64,000 nt of DNA, from NCBI GenBank assembly GCA_037143195.1, contig JBAWZD010000002.1, positions 207,157 to 271,156 of the forward strand. The letters are read 5' to 3'. The stretch is from a bacterium (GTDB lineage: Bacteria > Patescibacteriota > Minisyncoccia > Phycocordibacterales > UBA9973). Below are positions 26,795 to 34,163 of this stretch, in pieces. Numbering within the stretch: the stretch's first letter is position 1; every line of letters begins with the position of its first letter. The notes beneath the pieces were generated by a model, which worked only from the letters and a program-made list of their open reading frames with translations, was not told where the DNA came from and made no database searches. The translations under genes were made by a program, and so were the position numbers.

Positions 26795-28135
26795 ATGACA
26801 GAGTCACCAAAGCTTAAAACATATGTATTTCACGTTCACGGAATGCACTGCCATTCATGTGTTCTTTTGACAGAAAGGGAGCTTGGTTCTCTCTCATCAG
26901 TTTCAAACATTAAGACAAGCCTGAAGGAACGGACCATCACGGTACACGCTGTGTCTTCTCTGGACGTAGAATCTATTTTGGAAGAATGTAATGAAAAACT
27001 TCGTTCGTATGGATACTCACTTTCGCTTCAGAAGGAACGTATCAAACAAAAGTTTTCAGAATTCATCGTGGCCATTCCCGTTGCAATTGGTTTTATTGCC
27101 TTGTTTCTTTTTTTACAAAAGATTGGATTGTTTCATTTTGGCACGACTGGAACAGTGACTTATGGTAGTGCTTTTATTATTGGACTCGTTGCCTCTGTTT
27201 CGACGTGCATGGCAATTGTCGGTGGTTTGGTGCTTTCACTTGGAGCGACGGTTGCAAAAGAAGGAAGGTCAATGCGTCCGCAAATACTTTTCCATAGTGG
27301 ACGCATCCTCTCGTTTTTTGTTTTCGGAGGTCTGATTGGAATGCTTGGTGAAATTTTTAGCATTGGAACGACTGCAACACTGTTTTTGAGTTTTCTTACT
27401 GGGTTTGTCATGCTCATTCTGGGCATCAATTTGCTCCATGTCTTTCATTGGTCCAAACGATTACAGTTTGTCATGCCAAAAGCATTATCTAAGCATGCAT
27501 TCGGAATGACACAATTGAATCACACCTTTACACCGTTTCTTATTGGTGTCGCGACGTTCTTCTTGCCATGTGGTTTTACTCAGGCAATGCAAGTATATAC
27601 TTTGACGGCCGGAGGATTTCTCCATGGCGGACTCATTATGGGTGCGTTTGCGCTCGGAACACTTCCCGTACTTGCAGGTATCTCCCTGAGTTCGTTTTCG
27701 ATTACGAATAGCCGGCACTCGGGAATGTTTTTTAAAACGGTTGGAATTGTTGTTATCTTTTTTGCATTGTTCACGTTGAGCAGTAGTCTTGCACTTACTG
27801 GTATTTCTGTGCCAACACTATCGTATTCTCGAGGGGCAAGTCTTGTGAAAAAAAATGTATATATTGTAGATGGAGTACAGGTAATTGCAATAAAAGCGGG
27901 TGAGGGGTATTCTCCAAGTACGACTATTGCAAAGGCTGGTATTCCAACTATTGTTCGATTTACTACGAATGGGTCACTTGATTGTTCGTCGTCTGTTCGG
28001 ATTCCGAGTTTGAATATGTCTCGTTTTTTGAATCTCAATGGCACGACAGATGTTGATCTTGGAATACCGAAAGTTGGGTTACTTGGAGGAATGTGTGGTA
28101 TGGGAATGTTTCCGTTCTCGATTGATTTTAAATAA
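26795..28135 (+). CDS. HMA + DsbD_2/TauE-like membrane domain + cupredoxin-like domain protein
   Basis: GMHCHSC; STCMAIVGG and FLPCGFTQ; C-terminal CGMGM. Confidence 0.85.
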   Translation: MTESPKLKTYVFHVHGMHCHSCVLLTERELGSLSSVSNIKTSLKERTITVHAVSSLDVESILEECNEKLRSYGYSLSLQKERIKQKFSEFIVAIPVAIGFIALFLFLQKIGLFHFGTTGTVTYGSAFIIGLVASVSTCMAIVGGLVLSLGATVAKEGRSMRPQILFHSGRILSFFVFGGLIGMLGEIFSIGTTATLFLSFLTGFVMLILGINLLHVFHWSKRLQFVMPKALSKHAFGMTQLNHTFTPFLIGVATFFLPCGFTQAMQVYTLTAGGFLHGGLIMGAFALGTLPVLAGISLSSFSITNSRHSGMFFKTVGIVVIFFALFTLSSSLALTGISVPTLSYSRGASLVKKNVYIVDGVQVIAIKAGEGYSPSTTIAKAGIPTIVRFTTNGSLDCSSSVRIPSLNMSRFLNLNGTTDVDLGIPKVGLLGGMCGMGMFPFSIDFK

Positions 28136-28157
28136 GGTGTAGAATGATAAACAGTAT

Positions 28158-29240
28158 ATGTATACAAAAATAATTAAGCCGATTTTGTTCCGTTTTGATC
28201 CTGAGCATGTGCATGATTTCTTTGTCGCGACGGGGCGAGTGCTTGGGGCGACCGCGCTCACGCGCGGTCTTGTCAGCATGTTTTGTCGCTACGAAAATCC
28301 AATGCTCGAGACAACGGTCTCGGGGATTCACTTCAAAAACCCCATCGGCCTCGCGGCTGGATTCGACAAGGACGTGCAGCTCACGAGTGTCATGCCCGCA
28401 GTTGGCTTCGGATATATGGAAGTCGGTGCGGTGACGCGCCACCCGTATGAAGGCAACAAAGGTCTTCGTCTCGCACGGTTACCCGCGGATCAATCACTCA
28501 TTGTGTACTACGGACTCAAAAATATTGGTGCCGTTGAGATCGAAAAGAAACTCAAGAAACTTTCGTTTTCATTTCCCGTTGGACTCAATATCGCCAAGAC
28601 AAATCGCGCAGACATTATGGGAGAGAAGTCCGTCGAAGATTATGTCGAGACATATCGTATGCTTGGCAAGTATTTCGCGTATGTGACGATCAACGTCTCA
28701 TGCCCGAATGCGCAAGACGGATGTACGTTTCAAGATCCTGCCATGCTCGACGACTTGCTCGGCGCATATGCCAAAGAGGAAAAAGTGTGTCCAATCTTTC
28801 TCAAAATTTCGAGTCATTTGAGTGAGCAAGAGATCGATGCCATTCTCGCCGTCGTAGAAAAGTATTCATTCATCGATGGATTCATCACCGGCAATCTTTC
28901 AAAGCGTCGCGATATTCTTGATTTGAAATCAGACAAGGCGCGTTTGGATTTGATTCCTGCGGGTGGAATTTCTGGCAAGCCAGTGCAAGAACTCACCACA
29001 AACGAGATTCGATATATCTACCAGAAGACAAAAGGGAAGTATGTCATCATCGGTCTTGGTGGCGTCTTCACCGCCGAAGATGCATATGAAAAGATAAAAG
29101 CTGGAGCATCGCTCGTGCAAATCATCACTGGCCTCATTTACGGCGGTCCAACAACAGTAAAAGACATCAACAAAGGTCTCGTCGCGCTCTTGAAACGCGA
29201 TGGCTACAAAAATATCGCTGAAGCTGTAGGGAAAGAATAA
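28158..29240 (+). CDS. pyrD: dihydroorotate dehydrogenase, class 2-type
   Basis: N-terminal PILFRFDPEHVH, NPIGLAAGFDK, NVSCPN, GGISGKP, AGASLVQI. Confidence 0.92.
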   Translation: MYTKIIKPILFRFDPEHVHDFFVATGRVLGATALTRGLVSMFCRYENPMLETTVSGIHFKNPIGLAAGFDKDVQLTSVMPAVGFGYMEVGAVTRHPYEGNKGLRLARLPADQSLIVYYGLKNIGAVEIEKKLKKLSFSFPVGLNIAKTNRADIMGEKSVEDYVETYRMLGKYFAYVTINVSCPNAQDGCTFQDPAMLDDLLGAYAKEEKVCPIFLKISSHLSEQEIDAILAVVEKYSFIDGFITGNLSKRRDILDLKSDKARLDLIPAGGISGKPVQELTTNEIRYIYQKTKGKYVIIGLGGVFTAEDAYEKIKAGASLVQIITGLIYGGPTTVKDINKGLVALLKRDGYKNIAEAVGKE

Positions 29241-29380
29241 GCTTGGGTTCGCAAAAAACAAAAAAGCACTTTTGAAAGTACCGGCGTAAATTTCTGAAGA
29301 AATTTCGCCTCACGCTCGCGCCGTCGCGCTCCGCGAGTACTTTCAAAAGTGCTTTTTTGTTTTTTGCGAACCCAAGCTTA
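29238..29380. repeat. Y-shaped long inverted-repeat element, copy A
   Basis: Perfect 44-bp IR (29238-29281 / 29337-29380) around a 55-nt core that is 47/55 identical to 59008-59062. Confidence 0.9.
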
Positions 29381-29935
29381 CTGCGTCTTCGCTGTCAGCG
29401 TACCTTTGTGCCACGGCGTGCCAAGAGCGGGAAGTGCCCAGTAATCAAGTCCGAGATATCCCACGACGCGCCACGCAAGGATGAGTCCAAGCGAAAGGAT
29501 AAGGAGCACGGGGTTTACGCTCACCGTTCCCGCGAGGAGATAGTTGAGATTCATAAAGAATCCAAAGAATGCGGCGATGCCAGCAAACAATCCAATGATG
29601 AGCGCAACACCGACGAGCACTTCGCCGTATGCAACGACGTGTGACCACAATGCTGCATGAGGAAGAATGGCGTGAGAGAGGAACCATCCATACCAACTTT
29701 GGACATCAGGATGGTCGCCAACAGTTTTGGCGAGGGCTGCTCGCAAAAATCCTGTAAGTGCGCCACCTGCTTGTCCACCAACCCACGCAGGTGAGTGGAC
29801 TTTGTCCAAGCCTGCTTCCAGCCATTGCCATCCGACATACACGCGGACGATGAGCCAGAACCAGGCGAACTTGGGACTTTGTAAAATAAACTGCGCGAAC
29901 TTTGGTTCTTCAATTACCTGTGAAGAAGTATTCAT
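29378..29935 (-). CDS. DoxX/DoxD family membrane protein
   Basis: VRVYVGWQWLEAGLDK, GEVLVGVALIIG, NYLLAGTVSVNP. Confidence 0.9.
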   Translation of the reverse strand: MNTSSQVIEEPKFAQFILQSPKFAWFWLIVRVYVGWQWLEAGLDKVHSPAWVGGQAGGALTGFLRAALAKTVGDHPDVQSWYGWFLSHAILPHAALWSHVVAYGEVLVGVALIIGLFAGIAAFFGFFMNLNYLLAGTVSVNPVLLILSLGLILAWRVVGYLGLDYWALPALGTPWHKGTLTAKTQ

Positions 29936-30008
29936 ACTTTTTACTGTTATAAATTCACCTAATAATAAAAACGAACTTTACCTATCATACAACTTTGTGT
30001 CGTTTTAG

Positions 30009-30048
30009 TTATCCACCATTGCTCTGGTTTTGTGCGAGGGCGTATAAT
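30009..30048 (+). promoter_or_regulatory. promoter of the S-component/nrdJ operon with adjacent DnaA-box-like 9-mer
   Basis: TTATCCACC at 30009-30017, then TTGCTC-N18-TATAAT. Confidence 0.5.
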
Positions 30049-30139
30049 GGCAGTCCACTAGTTTCGATATATCGCAACTATTTGATTATTTACTCCTCAT
30101 CCGTCAGTCGCGGAAGGGAATACTAGAACAACAACACAC

Positions 30140-30688
30140 ATGGATACGAGAAAAAAATGGGCTCGCACACTTGGTGCATTTATGATTTGTTTGATTGTTC
30201 GATTGATTCCTGTTCGCGCTCCAAATGTTGAGCCTATACTCGCCGTACAGATGCCATTTGCGAAGCGATACGGCCCGCTCCTTGCGTTTTTGTTTGGGTT
30301 CGCGAGTATTCTCCTCTATGACATCATAACGAGCCGTGTGGGCATCTGGACGCTTATTACAGCCATTGCCTACGGAGCACTTGGAATTGCAAGTTCGCTC
30401 TATTTCAAACACCGTTCTGGTACCCGAAAACAGTTTGTGGCGTTCGCGATTGGTGCAACGATCCTCTATGACGCGATTACGGGGCTCACGATTGGACCAT
30501 TGTTCTTCCATCAGAGTTTTGTGACTTCGTTTGTCGGTCAAATTCCATTTACTGCATTCCACTTGCTCGGAAATATCCTCTTCGCTCTTGTACTCAGTCC
30601 TGCAATCAATCGTTACCTTACGTTTGATGATGCTCGAAGTCGTTCATTCGTCGAAAATCCAATTACAAATCCATCATTCATCTCATAA
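30140..30688 (+). CDS. ECF transporter S component, probably cobalamin (CbrT-like)
   Basis: 182 aa, about 6 TM, RAPNVEPI loop, GQIPF..HLLGN; first gene of the nrdJ-pduO operon; substrate inferred from context. Confidence 0.7.
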   Translation: MDTRKKWARTLGAFMICLIVRLIPVRAPNVEPILAVQMPFAKRYGPLLAFLFGFASILLYDIITSRVGIWTLITAIAYGALGIASSLYFKHRSGTRKQFVAFAIGATILYDAITGLTIGPLFFHQSFVTSFVGQIPFTAFHLLGNILFALVLSPAINRYLTFDDARSRSFVENPITNPSFIS

Positions 30689-30691
30689 CCT

Positions 30692-32968
30692 ATGAAAAAT
30701 CTCAAAAAATACTCTGCACTCAAAAGTATCCAGAAGCGCGACACTTCAATCGTTCCCTTTGATCCAAAGCGTATCGAACGCGCGCTCGCGCGCGCTATGG
30801 AAGTAGCGAACGAGGGAGGAAGTAAAGAGGCAGAGCATGTCATGTTCAAAGTGCTCGACACATTGCTTGCACTCAAAGCGGAAAAGAAGAACAAGAATTT
30901 CATTCCATTCGTTGAGACGATTCAAGACGTCGTTGAAAACGAACTCATTGCAGCAAATTTTTCACAGACAGCCAAGGCATACATTTTGTACCGTAAGGAG
31001 CGCTCGCTCGTGCGTGAGAAAGTTGGATTTGTTCCAGAGAAAGTCAAAGAGCTTGCAACTGAGAGTAAAAAATATTTCCGCAATCCGCTTGCAGAGTTTG
31101 TGTACTACCGCACCTACTCACGTTGGATCCCAGAAGAGGGACGTCGAGAGACATGGGTGGAGACCGTTGATCGTTACATGAGCTTCATGCGCGAGAACCT
31201 CGGTTCAGGTCTCACCGAAAAAGAATATGCAGAAGTCCGCGAGGCGATTCTTCGCCAAGAAGCAATGCCATCGATGCGCCTTTTGCAGTTTGCAGGCAAG
31301 CCCGCACGCCGCTCAAACGTGTGTGCGTACAACTGTTCATTCATTGCGCCTCGATCATTCCAAGATTTCGCTGAGATAATGTACATCTCCATGTGTGGTA
31401 CTGGAGTCGGCTGGAGTGCTGAAAGTGAAAATATTCAAGCGCTTCCACAAATCAAACGCCAGACAGGAAAGAAGCTTCCAACATATCTCGTGCCAGACAG
31501 CAAGGAAGGATGGGCAGATGCATTTAGCTTTGCGATGAAGACATGGTTTGATGGTAATGATGTTTCGTTCGACTACTCACTCATTCGTCCAGCAGGTTCA
31601 CGTCTCAAGACAATGGGAGGCAAGAGTTCTGGTCCAGAGCCACTTCGTTCATTGCTCGATTTCACTCGTGAGCGTATTCTTCGTCGCCAAGGACGTCACC
31701 TCACAAACCTCGATGCACACGACATCATGTGTAAGATTGGAGAATGTGTCGTTGCCGGTGGTGTTCGACGCAGTGCGATGATCTCGCTCTCTGATCTTGA
31801 TGACGAAGCAATTCGTGATTCAAAGAAAGGTCAGTTCTATCTCGCCGAAGCTCAGCGTATGCTCGCAAACAACTCTGCGGTCTACCTCGAGAAACCATCT
31901 GCATCAGAATTCCTCGATGAATGGGTCGCACTCATGAAGAGTGGATCAGGAGAGCGTGGTATTTTCAATCGCGGATCACTCGCAAAGACATTGCCAAAGC
32001 GTCGTCTTGATCAATGGAAAGATGGTATCTATCCATCATGGGGCACAAACCCATGTGGAGAAATCATTCTTCAGTCAAAACAATTCTGTAACTTGTCAGA
32101 AGTTGTTGCGCGCGCAGAAGACACACTCGAAGATCTCGAACGTAAGATTCGCGTTGCCACGATTCTCGGTACGTACCAATCAACACTCACATACTTCCCA
32201 TACCTTTCAAATGAATGGAAGCGCAATTGTGAGAAGGAACGTTTGCTCGGAGTTTCAATCACTGGTCAGTGGGATTCTTCAGTTGCACGTAAGCCAGAAG
32301 TACTTGAACGTCTCAAAACAGTTGCAGTTGATCTCAACAAGAAACTCGCAAAGCGTCTCGGTATCAATCAGTCACTCACTGTTACGTGTGTGAAGCCATC
32401 AGGCACAGTGTCACAGACAGTGGACTGCGCAAGTGGCATGCACCCACGTCATGCTCCATATTACATTCGTCGTGTTCGCATCTCTGCGAGTGATGCACTC
32501 TTCAAGATGCTCCGTGATCAGGGCGTGCCATATCTTCCAGAAGTTGGACAAACAATGGAAGGCGCATCAACATTCGTATTTGAATTCCCAATGAAGGCTC
32601 CAAATGGCGCAATTTGTCGCGATGATATCGACGCAATCAGACAGCTCGAACATTGGAAAGTCGTTAAAGTGAATTACACAGAACACAATCCATCCGTAAC
32701 TATTTCTGTCGGTGAAGATGAATGGATCAAGGTGGGCAACTGGGTCTATGAAAACTGGGATATCGTTGGAGGACTTTCATTCTTGCCACGCTCAAACCAT
32801 GTCTACCAGCTCGCACCATATGAATCCATCACCAAGGAGCAGTACGAAGCAATGCTCGGCAAGGTCTCGCATTTGGATTTCTCAAAGATTGTGACGTACG
32901 AGGTCGAGGACGAGACAGAAGTGAAGCGTGAGCTCGCCTGTGTCGCCGGAGTGTGTGATACCGCATAG
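30692..32968 (+). CDS. nrdJ: class II adenosylcobalamin-dependent ribonucleotide reductase with N-terminal ATP cone
   Basis: ATP cone IQKRD..FD..VETIQDVVE; YNCSF; VAGGVRRSA; TNPCGEI; KPSGT; C-terminal CVAGVC; no beta-subunit gene nearby. Confidence 0.93.
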   Translation: MKNLKKYSALKSIQKRDTSIVPFDPKRIERALARAMEVANEGGSKEAEHVMFKVLDTLLALKAEKKNKNFIPFVETIQDVVENELIAANFSQTAKAYILYRKERSLVREKVGFVPEKVKELATESKKYFRNPLAEFVYYRTYSRWIPEEGRRETWVETVDRYMSFMRENLGSGLTEKEYAEVREAILRQEAMPSMRLLQFAGKPARRSNVCAYNCSFIAPRSFQDFAEIMYISMCGTGVGWSAESENIQALPQIKRQTGKKLPTYLVPDSKEGWADAFSFAMKTWFDGNDVSFDYSLIRPAGSRLKTMGGKSSGPEPLRSLLDFTRERILRRQGRHLTNLDAHDIMCKIGECVVAGGVRRSAMISLSDLDDEAIRDSKKGQFYLAEAQRMLANNSAVYLEKPSASEFLDEWVALMKSGSGERGIFNRGSLAKTLPKRRLDQWKDGIYPSWGTNPCGEIILQSKQFCNLSEVVARAEDTLEDLERKIRVATILGTYQSTLTYFPYLSNEWKRNCEKERLLGVSITGQWDSSVARKPEVLERLKTVAVDLNKKLAKRLGINQSLTVTCVKPSGTVSQTVDCASGMHPRHAPYYIRRVRISASDALFKMLRDQGVPYLPEVGQTMEGASTFVFEFPMKAPNGAICRDDIDAIRQLEHWKVVKVNYTEHNPSVTISVGEDEWIKVGNWVYENWDIVGGLSFLPRSNHVYQLAPYESITKEQYEAMLGKVSHLDFSKIVTYEVEDETEVKRELACVAGVCDTA

Positions 32969-32971
32969 TCT

Positions 32972-33541
32972 ATGCTGTATACCAGAAAAGGAGATAAAGG
33001 AACGACGAAACTCTTCGACTGTCCGCAAGGAACGCGGATGTCGAAGAGCGCCGTGACCTTTGAAGCGCTCGGAACACTCGACGAGTTGAATTCTTCGCTT
33101 GGATATGCCAAAGTGTTGGCTGCTCGTAGTGAGGCCCACCTCATGATGGCAGGAGAGAAGCATTTGTATACGTCGCTCATTGGGCGAATACAGAACATGC
33201 TTTTTACGACGCAGGCAGAGCTTGCGGGAGCGCAGAAACAAGTCACTGAAGCAGATGTGTTGTTTGAAGAACAGGTCATCGCCGAGGTTGAAAAAGATTT
33301 GCCACCGATTACGTCGTTTATCGTCGCAGGTGGTGGCGAGACGGGTGCGTATCTTGATGTCTGTCGTACGATTGCTCGACGTGCAGAACGCGGAGTGATC
33401 GACGCGATGGAGACAGACAAGCGTGCGGTGTCTGATGAGACATTAAAATTCTTGAATCGTCTCTCGAGTGTGCTCTACGCACTCGCTCGATATGCGAATC
33501 ATCAAGAAGGATTTGCGGAGCGTGCGCCAGAGTATAGTTGA
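32972..33541 (+). CDS. pduO: ATP:cob(I)alamin adenosyltransferase, PduO type
   Basis: YTRKGDKGTT, GTLDELNS, RTIARRAER, FLNRLS. Confidence 0.95.
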   Translation: MLYTRKGDKGTTKLFDCPQGTRMSKSAVTFEALGTLDELNSSLGYAKVLAARSEAHLMMAGEKHLYTSLIGRIQNMLFTTQAELAGAQKQVTEADVLFEEQVIAEVEKDLPPITSFIVAGGGETGAYLDVCRTIARRAERGVIDAMETDKRAVSDETLKFLNRLSSVLYALARYANHQEGFAERAPEYS

Positions 33542-33572
33542 GGGTGATGTGCGGTGCGATTACAAATGAATA

Positions 33573-33736
33573 ATCATGATTGGGGAAGTGAGGTGAAAAT
33601 CCTCCACAGTGCCGCTACGGTTATAGTCCGACTACCAATCATTGATGTAGTAATGAAACTTTTTGTTTCATCCCGAGCAGGAAATGGTCGCGCGTACGCG
33701 CGACCCCGGTACTCCTCTCCTCGGGGGAGTTTTTTA
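33573..33736 (+). ncRNA. class-II (AdoCbl-variant) cobalamin riboswitch with terminator expression platform
   Basis: Stem ATGATTGG/CCAATCAT encloses GGAAGTGAGGTGAAAATCCTCC and TACGGTTATAGTCCGA, recalled as close to env8HyCbl; loop AGTGCCG complementary to CGGTACT 33707-33713; terminator stem 33711-33730 plus T-run just before ATG 33741. Confidence 0.9.
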
Positions 33737-33740
33737 GTAT

Positions 33741-34160
33741 ATGAAAAAAAATAAGCAATGGTTCGTGGCGGGAGGAGTGCTGATTGTTTTGGTTCTTGTG
33801 ACGACGAGTATGTTTGCAGAGGTGCATCGATTTCAAAAAACGGTTCCGCAATCTGGAGCACCGATTTCATCGACGAATGATCCTCTCGTTTCGTTTGAAG
33901 CAGGGACTGTTCACCTCTCGCTTCCTTTCCGCGCGGGAGAGACGCTGTATGATGCGATGACTGACGCGAAGAACGCGGGCACACTTACATTTTCAGGCAA
34001 AGAATATTCTGGTCTCGGATATTTTGTCACAAGTGTTGGTTCTCTCTCTGAAGGAAACGGGAAGCACCTCATGTATTTTATTAATGACAAGGAAGCATCG
34101 GTTGGTGTTTCAACGTACGCTCCCAAAAACGGCGATACTATTATGTGGAAATTGAAGTAG
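33741..34160 (+). CDS. membrane-anchored DUF4430 (transcobalamin C-terminal-like) protein
   Basis: N-terminal TM; TLYDAM, GYFVTSVG, MYFINDKEASVGVS..GDTIMW. Confidence 0.85.
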   Translation: MKKNKQWFVAGGVLIVLVLVTTSMFAEVHRFQKTVPQSGAPISSTNDPLVSFEAGTVHLSLPFRAGETLYDAMTDAKNAGTLTFSGKEYSGLGYFVTSVGSLSEGNGKHLMYFINDKEASVGVSTYAPKNGDTIMWKLK

Positions 34161-34163
34161 TCT

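Noticed and set aside
27580-28167. Long antisense ORFs (also 42290-42850, 53731-54315, 59808-60305)
   Set aside because: Shadow frames opposite well-supported genes, with no motifs.
29357-29644. ORFs starting MFFANPSL on both strands (28929-29261 and 29357-29644)
   Set aside because: Artefact of the perfect inverted repeat arms.
30050-30139. Second cobalamin riboswitch or NrdR boxes upstream of the S component
   Set aside because: No GGGAA/GGTG..ATCC core, no B12 box and no convincing NrdR palindrome pair.
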